DNA of 64,000 bases, taken from contig NC_068985.1 of NCBI RefSeq assembly GCF_001194135.2, positions 94,065,385 through 94,129,384 of the forward strand, written 5' to 3'. Made by a program: the position numbers and the translations under genes. The DNA is from Octopus bimaculoides (lineage: Eukaryota). This document shows positions 1 through 13,974 of the stretch, one piece after another. Under the pieces are notes generated by a model. The model saw only the letters and a list, made by a program, of their open reading frames with translations, was not told where the DNA came from and searched no databases. The stretch's first letter is position 1. Each line of letters begins with the position of its first letter.

Positions 1-859
1 ATCTAATCCCGAAAAAAAATTATCATTTCTTTATATTATTTTTTTCTATCAGTAATTAAAATCCAAGGCCAACTTCAGCGCTCTCATAGATTGCTAATTG
101 TGGTTACCACATTTGACCTCTGCTGACCGCAATGTATAACGCTTCTTTTGTCTCCTGATCGAACAGGAATACGAAGCCTCATTGTTGATCTCCCTCTCAC
201 CATTTGTCGAACGTATTTACAAACCTGTGGAATTTGGTATATTCACCAAGATGCTTCTCTTCCTCCTACTATCTTCTCCAGCCCTCACATATTTATGATT
301 ATCTCAAGTACAAGACAAAAATCGAAACTAAACAACGTTTAATAATACTACACAATAGCAGGAGCAAAGATGGCATCTCAAGACAGTTACAAAACCAGTG
401 GTTGTAGGGGATCTTGGAACGATCATAAACAAAAGCTGAACGTTATTTAAGAACGATCCCTGGATTACAATCCATGCGTGAAGTGCAAAATATTGTCTGG
501 AGTGGTACGTCACATGCATCGAGAAGAGTATTGGTGGTGCTAATTTTCGTTCCATTTTAAACTGAAGAATAGCAGAAATGTTTGACGAAGGCCTCAATAC
601 TTACTGTATCTCTATGTGTGTAACTAAATCAGAAAAAATGCCGTTAATAAAATGCAGATGGAAAGCTTATGTCTTCCAGTAGTATGGGAAATGATTATTG
701 GTGTAATTTCCAGACTAATTTATGAGTATTGTAATAGCAACTGCTGCCAAATGAACAGAAACTTTCCCAAAAACAAAGCACAAGTACAGTAGTACAGTTC
801 TTCATAGAAAAAAGAATATTCTGAAGACTTAAAAAGAGGCGATCATCTATGGCCGAGAC

Positions 860-2290
860 TGACAGCAATAATTACTGGTACAGCTATGTGTTCTGACTTG
901 AGATTACTCAAAAGCAAAATATGGCTATGGGTACATAAATTATCAAATACCTGGGTAAAAAAAATTCAACGGAACATTAGTTACTGGGAAAGAAAAATCG
1001 AGAGAATAAGTTGCTTTTGCTATTGTCTAAATCTAGCAGCTCTTAACTTAAGGAACACAAGAGCAGAATGTGTATTAAGAGAATATGGGCAACGCATGGA
1101 CCATGTATCATTTATGGAAGATCTGATAAGAGTGAAAAGCAAGTTGAAATGAGTTTTTAGCGAGGATAAGAAAGCTTTCACCTGTAATAAACGCGACAAC
1201 TTTCAAATGAAGAGAGACAAATTGTTTAACAGAAGAGTAATTAAGTTCTCCACTGGCGGAAATATCAAACAAATTGGCAAGAAAATTGGGTAGAAGTCAT
1301 TTGAATGTTGGAAGCCGATTGTATAAAAGAAAAGAGAAGCAAGATCATAATGAATACAATTAGAAGAGCCAAGGACATATTAATATCTCACCAGAAAAGT
1401 ATAAATGTTATGAGAGATTTCAACTTGGATGCTGTTTCAATCTTTCGATACAGTGTGGGTGTCTTCATTTGGAATACCCAAGAACTACAGGATATTGAAT
1501 AGAAATTCGAAAAGCTGTTGTATAAAAAAAACGATATTAGACTGTATAGGAAATGCAATTATGTTGGAGAAGATTTCATGAGCGTAGAAAATAATGTTGT
1601 AATGTAGGAACACTGTCTGTACAAAGATGTGTTAAAAAGTAAAGAAAAATGTATATATAAAATAAAACGTGTTCAGAGCTATGAAAAAAGAAGACATTCC
1701 TAGAAAAAAAAAAGAGGTAAGATAGCATTGAAAGCTGGCAAGAAAAATTAACATGAAAAACGATTCAAAGATTTTTTTTTTTCATGTAAATTTACTAGGC
1801 CTTAGGACTGGTTGAATAAACAAGATCTAAAAAATGACACAGATGCCCAGGAACATATAATATGAATAAGAATAATCAGATCACATAGAGTATAGAGTAG
1901 CGTATCGTTACTATGTCAATTATTTTAGAAAAGAGAAAAGACTGCAACTGACATAGTATCTTAGTGTAATATTCTGACAGTGAAACAATGCAGAGACGAG
2001 ATAAACGGGAAAATTGTATTAGTCCTACGCAGATAATCCTGTGCGTTCTAGACAAGAAAGCGCTATAATCGTTGACCAACAATTAAATGTTGAAAGTGAT
2101 TAGGTAAAAGTTTTATTGAATATGAAACCCTTGGTACACTAGGAATTGGAATATTTATCTTTATGATTGCGAAAGATATCAGAATTTCTATGACGAAATA
2201 TGTAACCAGTCTGTTTGATTGCAAGGAGGAAGTAATAAGAAACTGTGACTAAATAAATAGGATCTTAAGTGGAATTCCAAATGGCTTCAT
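860..2290 (+). mobile_element. Decayed R4/Dong-like non-LTR retrotransposon (RT C-terminal half onward)
   Basis: ORF 886-1152 ends DHVSFMEDL, resembling the HLLFMDDL RT box. ORF 1305-1502 (MLEADCIKE...RRAKDIL...FRYSVGVFIWNTQELQDIE*KIRKLL) resembles the YLGILEAD...RYSAG..W...EL..MDRKTRKL block. Downstream RLY, WQEKL and LKNDT..AQE remnants match the better-preserved copies at 6370 and 61590. Many stops and frameshifts. Confidence 0.75.
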
Positions 2291-2410
2291 TCTGCTGAGA
2301 GGTGTAGCATTCAAAAATATCACCAAATGATGATTTTTTTTATAATCCTCATAAGTCACGTGATATCACAGAATGAAAATTTCCTCCGTAGAGCACGTAT
2401 TTACAGTCAT

Positions 2411-2582
2411 GGGCTGGACGAAATACTAGGCGGTATTTTGCCCGTCGCTACGTTTTGAGTTCAAATTTCCCCAAGGTCCGAGTCGGTGAAATAAGTACCA
2501 CTTGATCACAGGGGTTAATGTAATAGACTGTACCCCTCCTTCAAAATTTCAGGCCTTGTGCCTGTTACAGAAATGTTTATTA
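2411..2582 (+). mobile_element. tRNA-derived SINE, family A (5'-eroded)
   Basis: B-box-like gagttcaaatttcc, the aataagtacca block and the aaatttcaggccttgtgcct tail are shared with about 14 other copies in the window. Confidence 0.75.
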
Positions 2583-2793
2583 TCTAAAGGATCGAAAGCT
2601 GAATATTGAACAGGAAGAGTATTGCTGCAGAATTCGTATGAATGGAAACATCAGTTACTGATGGTGAAATCATAAGAAATTTGTAGAATAAGAAAGTATT
2701 GTCAGAATTTGCACGGATTTATTACGGAAAGATTTGACCGTAATCCTTACTTGTGTATTCTTTAAGTAAATCTGAACTTGAATAAAATAAGTA

Positions 2794-3213
2794 CCGTAAA
2801 TCCTCGAGTACAATCCGCACTTTTTTCCCAAAAAGATCAAACTTTCTAGTGCGTAGTATATACGAGGTTAAAAATGAAAAATATTTTCTAAGCAAAATTT
2901 TCTAAGTGATAAATATGTGAAAGGCAATTTACTTAATATTTGTTTTTCACTGACGTTATTACTGTTATTTCTTTATTTCCTGCAAACAAAGTACACAAAA
3001 AGCTACATGTTGCCATTATGTTATATATACAATTATAATAAAGGACGTTACCGTATATATGTTTTCAAACCAAGGACGTTATATAGACCTCCTTGACTCA
3101 AGTTAGAGAAGGGGTGCGTATTATACACAAGGTTTAGGTTTTTCAGAGGTACAGCCCCCTAAAAATCCCCTGCGTATTATACTCGATGGCGGACTATACT
3201 TGAGGATTTACGG
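2794..3213. mobile_element. MITE / non-autonomous Tc1-mariner-pogo-type DNA transposon
   Basis: Inverted termini CCGTAAATCCTCGAGTACAATCCGC and GCGGACTATACTTGAGGATTTACGG. TA on both flanks (2792-2793, 3214-3215). Three subterminal tgcgta(g/t)tatac repeats. No ORF. Confidence 0.85.
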
Positions 3214-4041
3214 TATATCAAATAACTAAATGAGAGATAAACAGGGAAACCGAAACGAAATCAGATTTGTAATGGAAGGAAAAGGAATAAATGGAATTTG
3301 TGAGAGAAATATATTCAAGAAGAAAACTTCTAGTGCCACATCTCTTGTGTTTGGAGTTGCGACATTTAACTATTTCTTTAAATATTGGACTAGATGCGCG
3401 GATGGAGCTTTTAAGAGACGGTAATGAAACGATACTCTTCTCGAAAAGCCATTAGAGCAGGACAAGGCTTCCGTTGGGAAATTGGTGTGACACATATTTT
3501 GTTTTCGAAAGATTTCAAAAAAAAAAGTATCTAATATCGCCTTAGATAATGAAGGAGAGATAATGAGAGAGAAAATAATTAGACGACCGACGATTTGAAA
3601 GAAATGAGAATATACGAAGACAAAGTAAAATTCATCGTAATAAAAAATATTTTTAAGAAGTGATATTATTGGCGCTTCAGAGTGATTCCTAAAACTAGGC
3701 AAAATACGAAGAGGATAACGATCTCGGTTATTAAGCTATGGAAATATTGTAGAAGTAGAGTGACATATATATTTTAATAAGCAAGGCGCGATAAGAACAT
3801 AAGGACGTAAACACAATAGACTATTAAAAAAATTCCATGAAATATAATTACAGAAAGATAGAGATCTTTTCCACAATTATGTAAATATGATATCAGGTAC
3901 ATATATACTGTGTAAATGTAGGGTATTTAGTAATGAATAATGTGAAACTAATATTCTTGGGAAGGCAAGACAGTTTTCTACAGTCAAGGGAATTAACATA
4001 TATGAATCAGAATCTGCAGTATATGTTGTGAAGACGAAGGA

Positions 4042-4257
4042 ATATGGTTTCTAATTTTCGAACAAGGCCAGCAATTTTGGGAGAGGGGTGTGTGGAGTAC
4101 TGTGTTTTGTGGTGCGTAACTGGTGCTTCCTCTAAGGACCTTGAAAAGATGAAAGATAAAATCAAACTTTGCGGAATTTGAACTCAGGACTGAAAGACGG
4201 ACGAAACGCTGCTAAGCAGTTTCCTGGCGTGCTAACGACTCTGCTAGTTCGCCGCCT
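4042..4257 (-). mobile_element. SINE family A, near full length
   Basis: Reverse complement begins ggcggcgaactagcagagtcgttagcacgccagg (A box) and contains the ctgagttcaaattccgc B box and the family tail. Confidence 0.85.
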
Positions 4258-4299
4258 TATGATGAAAAATTATTTATAAACTGTACTAAAAAGTAAAGT

Positions 4300-4900
4300 T
4301 TAAAGTAAAGATGAGGCACCAACATGTTGTCTTTTCGTTTTCAGAACGTACAAAATAAAGAAGTGAGCAGCATTGTTCCTCGTATTTGTCAACGTTTGAA
4401 CTCAATGATAAATGCAGTTTATTAGGCAAATTATTACCAATGTTATCTAAGATGGCTACGTCAGGAATACAGCGAATGACGTAGCGTTTACAACAAGCAA
4501 TACATGTTGTAGAGATATGGTAATTAAAGTAATATAACAGGGCCATGGGAACCAGCGGGTGTTGATATTGAAACAACAGTTTACTCCCAAAACAGCTTGA
4601 AGAAATAATAGAACACGGTTAAAGTAAACGAAATGCATGTATTCGCTAAGTACCTGACAGCAAGAATCCACACGGCAAAACAAAAGGAAACGGGAAAAAA
4701 AGAGCAACAAAAACAGCGATATTATGTTTTAAAGTAGCTAAAGATCAAGTACCGCTATTGTTTGAAGGCAATGCAATTGTGACGGTGTAACTTAGAGCTA
4801 ATGTTTGTGGATCGTGTCGAAAACCCTAAAAATACAATATAAATACGATAATCTAGAAGGGAAAGAGAAATAGCCTGGGCTACTGCATCCCTGTTCAGAT
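4300..4900 (+). mobile_element. Highly decayed 3' end of an R4/Dong-like LINE
   Basis: Remnants resembling the KETEK.SKY, VP.IVGA.G and IA..TA..L motifs of the endonuclease C-terminus, ending directly at an (AAT)n tract. Confidence 0.4.
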
Positions 4901-4916
4901 TTTGGTTTTTAAGTTA

Positions 4917-5140
4917 TATAATAATAATAATAATAATAATNNNNNNNNNNNNNNNNNNNNNNNNNNNNNNNNNNNNNNNNNNNNNNNNNNNNNNNNNNNN
5001 NNNNNNNNNNNNNNNNNNNNNNNNNNNNNNNNNNNNNNNNNNNNNNNNNNNNNNNNNNNNNNNNNNNNNNNNNNNNNNNNNNNNNNNNNNNNNNNNNNNN
5101 NNNNNNNNNNNNNNNNNNNNNNNNNNNNNNNNNNNNNNNN
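4917..5140. repeat. (AAT)n microsatellite running into an assembly gap
   Basis: Direct reading; N run 4941-5140. Confidence 0.95.
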
Positions 5141-5933
5141 NCAGATGACCAAGTCGTTATTAAAAGCGTATTGACTTCGGTACATATTTGATCAGCTACT
5201 AAATCCTTTTGATGAAGGAAAAGGTTCAATACTCAAAAAAAAAAAAAATGAAGAATCTATATGAAAACCATTCAATGTCTTAGATGATGTAAAAAATAAA
5301 GTAGTCAAAAAAAAAAAAAAGGACCTCGAAACAAAAAGACGGGAGGGAGAAATATGAATGTTGTGCGGAAAAAGTTCCACCCTCAATTTGTTGACATTTT
5401 TGAAGGACTTGAAAAAATGCATGTCAGATTGTTTGTAATGAAACGCCAGCAGTTGTTGATATTGATTATCAATTGTACATTGATGTTGTATGAATAACGT
5501 TATCGAAATTTTTGGAGCTGCATAACAAAGGATTTACAAACACGGAATACATTGAAATTGAAGAAAGCTGAGGAACAAGATTTTAGAATGAAAACTCCAG
5601 TTTATTAGTTTCACTCTTAAAGGGCTTGGCAGAAGATATTTCTCACGGAAAAAATAAGAATTATGCGTTTGAGTCTCAAGTTTCAAACTTCGATTGAAGT
5701 AGGAATAATTGTCGTAGATCAAACCTTTGAAGCGTCAGATAAATCCTTTCGCTTCTTATCAAACTATATTATTCCTTGCCAGTGCTATTTGTATCATCAT
5801 TTAAGTGCAGTAATTCATATTTTGTGTGTAACTCTATGCTACCTCTACAACTCATGTTGGTTGATTTTGTAATCTAGATGAATGTTGCTTCATTTCAGAT
5901 ACATGATGATGGAGTGCCAAATATACAAATATC

Positions 5934-6270
5934 GTGACACTCCGTCGGTTACGACGACGTGGGTTCCAGTTGATCCAATCAAGGGAACAGTCTGCTCTTG
6001 AAATTAACGACTAAGTGGCTTAGCACTCCACAGACACGTGTACCCTTAACGAAGTCGTCGATGCGATTTAGCGTGACGCAGAGTGTGACAAGGCTGGTCC
6101 TTTGAAATATAGGTACAACAACAACAGGAAGGAACAGTGACCACCTCCTGCCGGAGCCCCATGGAGATTTAGGTGTTTTCGCTCAATAAACACTCACAAC
6201 ACCCGGAATCGAAACTGTGATCCTATAAACGCGAGTCTGCCGCCCTTACCACTGGGCCATTGCGCCTCCA
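5934..6270 (-). mobile_element. tRNA-derived SINE, family B
   Basis: Reverse complement starts ggaggcgcaatggcccagtgg (A box), has a gtttcgattcc B box, and is colinear with the copies at 46131 and 52108. Confidence 0.9.
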
Positions 6271-6369
6271 CAGAGAAATATAACGAAGAAAATATACCTA
6301 ACAAATATATAAATTTCTGATTTCATATGAATTTTATAAATAAGACGGCCACGTTTGAATGGATATCCT

Positions 6370-7275
6370 TCATATTTTATACTTCGGAACAAGGAACTGC
6401 AACCCAAATGTAATGTGTTGAGATTGTACGTAAAGAGGAAAGAACAGGGACGAGGATTGATATGTTGTGAACGGTGTGTAAGCGAAGTGGGGAATATCCT
6501 GTCTTGATATGACAAGGGGAGTAAAGAAGACATGACTGAAGCAGTTAAAATGCAGGGAACCTTAAAAGTGAAGAAAGCTGTAGATCTGACAGGATTTGAG
6601 AAACACCAGAGAGAGCAGATGAAGTAACTTTGGTAGGACAAAAAAAAAATGCACAGTCAGTTCTTGAAGAATAAAGATGAGATTCATTGGAATAGAACCT
6701 GGAAATGGCTGTAGAAAGGAGATTTAAAAGAGCCTATTGGGGTATTTGTTTGCAGTGCTCAAGAACAAGCTCTCATAACAAATTACTCCAAATATCACAT
6801 TGATAAAATCACCGACTCGCCACAATGTAGGATATGCTATGAGTAGAGAGAAAATATAAGCCATATTGTTAGTGAGTGCTTTCAGCTCGCACAAGACAAA
6901 TACAAAAGGAGACACGGCAATGTGGCCAGATATTTCCACTGGCTGCTGTGCTGTAAAGAATGTCTAGAGAGAGTCGAAAAATGTTATGAACACAAGCCAG
7001 AGGGAGTAATGGGAAACAGACATTACAAAATACACTGGAATGTTAACATCCAGTGCGCTCAAGTCATAGAGGCGAGACAGGCAGAAATCGTGATCATCCA
7101 TAAAGATGAAAAAGAAGTGAAGAGAATAGATGTTGCAATACCAGGCAATTCGACGGTGAAAATGTAAGGAAACAGAAAAGATTGACAAATAACAGCCACT
7201 GCGGGGCGAGATAGGAAAGTTATGGGGTATGAGGAACGTATTGTATTTTGTTAATGGCAGCATCATCGGAAGCTG
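6370..7275 (+). mobile_element. R4/Dong-like LINE 3' portion: CCHC zinc knuckle and restriction-like endonuclease
   Basis: Translates to PKCNVLRLYVKRKEQGRGL...KKMHSQF...TWKWL*KGDLK...CSAQEQAL...CRICYE*RENISHIVSEC...YKRRHGNVAR...HKPEGV...IEARQAEIVIIHKDEKEVKRIDVAIP...EKIDK. In-frame stops are present. Confidence 0.92.
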
Positions 7276-7584
7276 TTAGAAGCCTAGCAACTGTTTGGGC
7301 CGCCGTTTTTCCCAGCAGAAAACAGAATTTCACGGAAACAGCTGTTTCTTCATTTCAGCCATCGCAAAAATTGACGAACAATGGTGAAGCACAACAAGTA
7401 AAAGATGCACCGCCTGGCAGTCATATTGCAATCTACGACGCCAGTCAGAATATTGATGCCTGGGGGTCGCATCGAGTAACCACTTGACGCAGAAGTCTGA
7501 AAAACAATGCGTTTGTCGCAGAAAGAACATTTCCGGATACTTTTGGGTACATATATACATAGAGAGCACTAATAGTATGATGCT

Positions 7585-7670
7585 AGTTTAGAAGACACTT
7601 GTTCAAGGTGGCGTGTTCTGCGATCGAACCGAAAGGCACGTGATTGAGAAGGGAAGTTTTTAATCGCACA
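7585..7670 (-). mobile_element. SINE family C head fragment
   Basis: Reverse complement has ggttcgatcgc...caccttgaacaagtgtcttct, matching the caccttgggcaagtgtcttct block of the 40508 copy. Confidence 0.55.
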
Positions 7671-9196
7671 CCAATGAAAGAAATAATTGGAAATGCGCGC
7701 GCACACACACACACACACACAATAACGAGAGGCCAAACATCACAATTCTCCCGTATTATCAATGTAGGATGTTTTGAACATAGAATAGCGTCTACATCAC
7801 TATTGATATCCGTCATTTAAAAGGCAGGAATTGAAGAGAAAATATTAAAGAAACATTGGAAAGCAGAAATAAATGAAAAAGAAATGATAAATATATAAAG
7901 ATGTGTCAGCCAGGAAATCGTAGAATAGTGGAGCCGATTCACTTGACGGATTTTTATGATCGGCGTATAACGTATACATATGAACGCAAGGCGATTCCTA
8001 TAGCTACCCACGTTAATAATTTAACTGCTTTGCATCATCATTAAAATGAATAGAAAGATCAATGCTTATAACTGACAATTCAGAACATTGATTTTGTGAA
8101 CATTTTTACTTAATAGCAAACAAGACTTCACCATTAGGTCACATGTTACGACAATCCTACCTGATCTTAAAACACATTAGCAGACTGTCATCACTCTTGA
8201 TGTTGCTGATGCGGATGTGTTTTTAACAATAGACAACTCTGATGGATCAGACATACAAATGCTTTTTATCCATGACAATATTGCTATTTTTAAGAGGAAA
8301 AAAATATTACTTGAAAATGGATGATTATTTAATAGGCGTTCATATTTTAAAAGGTATTAGATCGTGGTTAGTGAGGCATCTTGCAGCTCTATCTAACAAG
8401 ACGTGCCACCGAATTATGGACTCCTATACTGTGGCACAATCGCAACAATGGTTATAGAATGCCAATGTGATGTGATGAGCTTCGTTCAAGGTTGTTGCTG
8501 GTTCAATCAATGTTGCTTCTATATTTCAAATTCAGCTTCATCATTCTGTTTTAAAATAAAGAAGGGGTCATAGATATTTTCACGATAATTGAGACATTTT
8601 CGTCATCGCTATTGTTGTTATTTTATCAAAATCGTAATTATTTCGTATTCGAAGTGTATGTTCAAAATACAGTTGAAACACAATTATCCTCGACCATATG
8701 GTAAATGTTTTGGGCAAAGAACACCCCCACCAAAAAAGAAAAATGCATCCGCTGATATCAAACCTGTAACTGAATATTTGTGGTGCTTCGCTAACATGGT
8801 TTCCAGTTATGTTTCGGCAAATAATATCGTCATAAATATTTCAAAAATAATCTTTCTCAATAAAATCTGATTCTGTAAGATCAATGAGAGCTAGAAACAA
8901 GTACGTCGTACAACGCACCCGGTGAAGCAGGTGTTGCAATAGAACTGCAGTACTCAATAAGTTTTGAAACCATATATCATGTATTTTCTTGCTTAACGGA
9001 AGGTATTAATCAAGAATGGTTACTAAAGCTGAGAACAAATCGAAATATTGCTGGTGCTATTATCTCCCAACTAAGAATATATCGTATATATAGTCCAACT
9101 AATACCCTCTGCATACACAGATGTTGTTTACATCGCCTGCAGCATGCATGTACTTACAGTTAGCTAATATTCAGCAGATTCTATTATATAATAATA

Positions 9197-9197
<1 letters not shown>

Positions 9198-9242
<45 letters not shown>

Positions 9243-9780
9243 NNNNNNNNNNNNNNNNNNNNNNNNNNNNNNNNNNNNNNNNNNNNNNNNNNNNNNNNNN
9301 NNNNNNNNNNNNNNNNNNNNNNNNNNNNNNNNNNNNNNNNNNNNNNNNNNNNNNNNNNNNNNNNNNNNNNNNNNNNNNNNNNNNNNNNNNNNNNNNNNNN
9401 NNNNNNNNNNNNNNNNNNNNNNNNNNNNNNNNNNNNNNNNNNNNNNNNNNNNNNNNNNNNNNNNNNNNNNNNNNNNNNNNNNNNNNNNNNNNNNNNNNNN
9501 NNNNNNNNNNNNNNNNNNNNNNNNNNNNNNNNNNNNNNNNNNNNNNNNNNNNNNNNNNNNNNNNNNNNNNNNNNNNNNNNNNNNNNNNNNNNNNNNNNNN
9601 NNNNNNNNNNNNNNNNNNNNNNNNNNNNNNNNNNNNNNNNNNNNNNNNNNNNNNNNNNNNNNNNNNNNNNNNNNNNNNNNNNNNNNNNNNNNNNNNNNNN
9701 NNNNNNNNNNNNNNNNNNNNNNNNNNNNNNNNNNNNNNNNNNNNNNNNNNNNNNNNNNNNNNATATATATATATATATAT
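9198..9780. repeat. (AT)n microsatellite flanking an assembly gap
   Basis: Direct reading; N run 9243-9762. Confidence 0.95.
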
Positions 9781-10858
9781 AATTTTATTCTTTTATTCTT
9801 TTACTTGTCTCAATCATTCGACTGTTAGATTAAGCGGTAGCTGTATTCGTCTTTGTAGTAGTGTTTTTCAAACTGAGCTGTTGTAGCGGCGGCGAGGTTA
9901 CGGTGGTTCTCTAATTTTTCTCACATTTATTGTTACCTCACGGTGCTGTACCTGAGGAGCTCCAAGAATACTGAAAAAAGAAAGAACACAACATAAAATT
10001 TATATATGAGTGTTGTTGGTTTTTAATCAATTATTATCAAATAAATCATTTAGTACCAGGATACATCTGTCTGATATAGGTCTTTTCATTGAAGAAGTGA
10101 TGAAGAAAGTCGAATGACTGAAAAAACTTCCGTTTAGATAAAAATTATCCAAATGTTTAAATGTAGTGAGATGGGTAACAAAATGGCAAGTATAATATTT
10201 ATACGAAATATATAATGCAAACAGCCACTTTGTATTACTGAGAACAGTGATGCAAATACGTGGCTTCTCGTCCTCTTCTCCCGAACATTTGCCTACGTTT
10301 ATTTTCTTAAAGAATGAGATTCGATAATGTAGTATGACATGAACTGTCTTCAAATAAGGTGGATCAGTCACAACTAGGGCTATTCAAACACAACATACAT
10401 GTTTATCAACCGTTACAGAATCAAGAATGTCAGCTCTAATTTGTTATTTTTTCCAGTAAACTATTATCGTTAAGATTGTCAACAACACATAATTATCAAA
10501 TATATTGATTATTTTACTAATAACCCCGAGTAAAGACAATGTGTATGACGATACACGTATAACGACTAATATGAAACCACAACATTGTAAATCCCTGTTT
10601 TACGTCTTTCATGACTATTGAAAGAAGCTGCTGAAATATAGTAACAAATTATTCTGTTTTTATCTTTTAGTATCAGTACAAAAACTGTGTCAGTTGTTAT
10701 CCGATCGTAGATGTACGATGAATAATAATTTAATGACATATTGTAAAATAATTATACGAAAGAAAATGTAACAGTAGATATCTGCTATAAATAGCTATCA
10801 TAGTTATTAGAACTAATGACATCAATTTCAACAGACAGTTCAACATTATTTCACTTAC

Positions 10859-10936
10859 TTAACAAAGAAAAGTCCGATACGTTGTATGGATCTTCATCAA
10901 AACTCTCTCGCCAGATAATGTATTCTTGTTGAAAAT
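10859..10936 (-). CDS. Candidate internal exon (xFQQEYIIWRESFDEDPYNVSDFSLL), product unknown
   Basis: ttaattag acceptor, AA|GTAAGT donor, 78 nt, symmetric phase 1-1, open frame. No family recognised, and such signals also arise by chance. Confidence 0.25.
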   Translation of the reverse strand: MFNKNTLSGERVLMKIHTTYRTFLC

Positions 10937-11224
10937 CTAATTAACGACTAATTAAGCTACGTCAGTAACCAAAAAATGTTTCACATCGTGAATCCAATAC
11001 ACATATGCATATTTCTTTTACATGAGAGACTTGTTAGTTTTTAGCTATGGAATTAAAAGATATGATATGATTTCATTAACATAATTCTAACCGCAGATAT
11101 GTTGTTATTTTAATGCAATTTAATAGCGATGATACGTGAATACATAAACAAAAAAAGCACATATTGTCATGGAAGAGGAGAGTATTTCGTATAACAGAGT
11201 AATTTACAACTTCTATGTTGGTAA

Positions 11225-11470
11225 TATTGTGGGTCCCTGAAGCAAAAATAGAGAGTCAAAATCACAATCTCGCGATCATGAGTGCAATGCCTTGACCGCT
11301 AAGGTAAGGATCTGCACAGCAGTCAAGTACTGAGATCAATATAGTTGGCCTTATACACTCGAGTATTTGTCTAGTGCTGATTTTATCGAATCCAGCAAGA
11401 TGGAGACCCCTGGGATTTGAACACAGAGATTAGAGAAATGCAACTAAATACTACAAAGTGTTTAGAGACT
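11225..11470 (-). mobile_element. Two decayed SINE fragments (tRNA-like head and family A body)
   Basis: Reverse complement has tagcggtcaaggcattgcactcatgatcgcgag (tRNA-like head) and gttcaaatccc...gataaaatcagcact (family A). Confidence 0.5.
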
Positions 11471-13730
11471 TAACCAGTATGCCGTTCTAAATAACGACAA
11501 CAACAGAGGATATTATAAAAAAATCTAATAATTCGAATAAAAATAGAACAGAATGATAATATACAATACAGATTTGCAACTCGATAAAAGAACAACCTTA
11601 TAAACTGTTTACGAGAGAATATATTGAGCACGATGACAAATTTATTTATTTTATAATGCTATTCTGCTTGATCTTCTACGTTTAGCATTATTAATATTTT
11701 CAGTAGACTCTGACAAATCACTGCCATGAATGCAGCTCATAAAAAGCAATTGATTATCATGGATCGATCTATTAATAAGGGATACAAGTAAAGTCTTCGT
11801 GCAGATCGCAGGTGTTACAGTCAAGAGAAATTTTCCATTATTAAAATTTAATAAGAAAGTGTAAAACTATGGATGAATATAAAATGTATAGGTTTTGGGA
11901 ATTTTAAAGCTTAAATATTACGAAAATAAAGCAACAAACTTTCAAATCCGTATCACGTATGAACATGCAAGCTATTAAATTTAAAAGTTAGAATATTTTG
12001 GAAAAGGAATTATCCATCGAAATTGGGAAACGTAACAGCAGCAAAAAATAGTAATTAACTTAGTGTTAAAGCATTTAATGTACTAGGAACTAAAGATAAC
12101 AAAATATATTTATGTGGTGAGGAAAATATTTGACTTTTCAAAGACAAATAGTTTGTAAATAATCTTGAGATAAATGTTGAGCAATTGCCGACAATATTTC
12201 GTTATTAATCGTCTTCATATTATCAAAGATACCCCGAGTTGCCTCCTCTATTTCCGAAATGCACTAAAAATATTATTGCTAATTAGAAAATGGCATTTGA
12301 AATATTTATTTGTACACAATCGCCGCGATACAATACGTACATCGTAATCTGGTAATAAAATATCCTTTAAGTATGGCTAACTTTTTACTGCGCTGGTTCT
12401 TATTCTAACAGCACATAAGTCTGTGTCTACGCCACATATTCTACCAAAACATAAGTCTCTCTATGCGCCATCAGTTTCAATGCTTACAAAAAGAAGTTCC
12501 CTTCTAACTGCGTCATATAATAACTACAAGACAATTTTAGAGAGGCTGGAAGGGAACTAAACAATGTGATTTCTGAAAAAGAAAAAAAAAATATGATATG
12601 TAAATTTGCTTTAATTAACTTATGTGCAGAGTAGAATAATTCGTTTCGAAACATTTGAAAAGCTTAGTAAAAATAATCGACTTGGTTAGCAAAAAAGTTA
12701 AGTGATCGGAAATGTCTGGAGCAATAAGAAATTCAAGACAAACCCAAATATTAAAACATCAATAAAGATTGTTTAGATTGGGTAAACACATAAAAAAATA
12801 TAGAAAATCATATAAATAAAGAGGCAGTAAATATTCAAGACAAGCCAAAAGTACAGGTATATGGTAAAGAAAATAAATACACTTAAAGAAGTCCGCAAGT
12901 TGGAATGATTTATGGAAATAATGGCGAACTATGAATAAATGTAAAATAGACCATACGAGAAGGTAAAAAAAAAAGATATTTCATCAGGAAGGAAAATACT
13001 ACTGGCAATCAAGAAGGAAGTAATAAGATGAGACATTAAAAGGATTTGCACAGATTTACGTGTATCATCATTACAAGTCTCCATTCTCCGATAATGCTTC
13101 CAGCATTATCGGTGATATATTGAGTTGGGTTGGCTAAAGAATAGAATAGTTATGAGTGAAAAAACAGTATCACAAACAATAACAAAAAACGAATTATTAA
13201 AAAATAAAAAGAAGTTGAACAAAAATATTTATCCTTTAATGTTAACTAAAAAATAAAATTAACACAGTTTATAAAAACAAAACTAGAAAACCATAAATTT
13301 ATATACAGAGAAGGATAATATAAATAAGAGAGTAAGAAAAATAACGAGACACATAATAAACACGCATCTAGTGTTTCAATCCGTTGTATCTAAAAACAAA
13401 ATATTTACATGAAAGAGTGAGAAGAAAAAACATCAGTCACTGATACACGATTATAGAAATCAGCAAAACAAGACACAGAAATGTTTTAGAAGAAACACAA
13501 AGAAAAAACTTACAGAAAAACCGACAGACAACAATATTTTTTTATGTAATGAGATGCTTGAAATATCGGAAAAAATAAACACAAGTTAACAGTGAAAGAG
13601 AATGAGTGGCATGGATGTAACTAGCCTAAAGATAATGTTGGTTTTTTTTTTTAACATAGGCACAATGCAGCGAATAATGTTTGGTGGGGAGAGATATCGG
13701 CAATTATATTGACCACTGTATTTTAGTCAT

Positions 13731-13960
13731 GTGAGGGCACATGACTAAGTCGTTTAGGTGTTGCACTCACGATCAGAAGACCGTGCGTTCAATTCTTGAC
13801 GGGGTGGTGTGTTGTGTTCTTATGCAAAACGCATCATCTAACATTGCTCTATGTTCATATCATTATCTGAAATATGGCTCAACACGTGCCGTTCAGGCAA
13901 AGGTCGATTTGATGGAGGTCGTAATCTAATATACAGAAGTATTTGAACATTTACCATTAA
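13731..13960 (+). mobile_element. Decayed tRNA-headed SINE with a CORE-like middle
   Basis: tgactaagtcgtttagg (A-box-like), gcgttcaattc (B-box-like), then tgtgttcttatgcaaaacgcatc. Confidence 0.6.
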
Positions 13961-13974
13961 GAATCGTAACAGGC

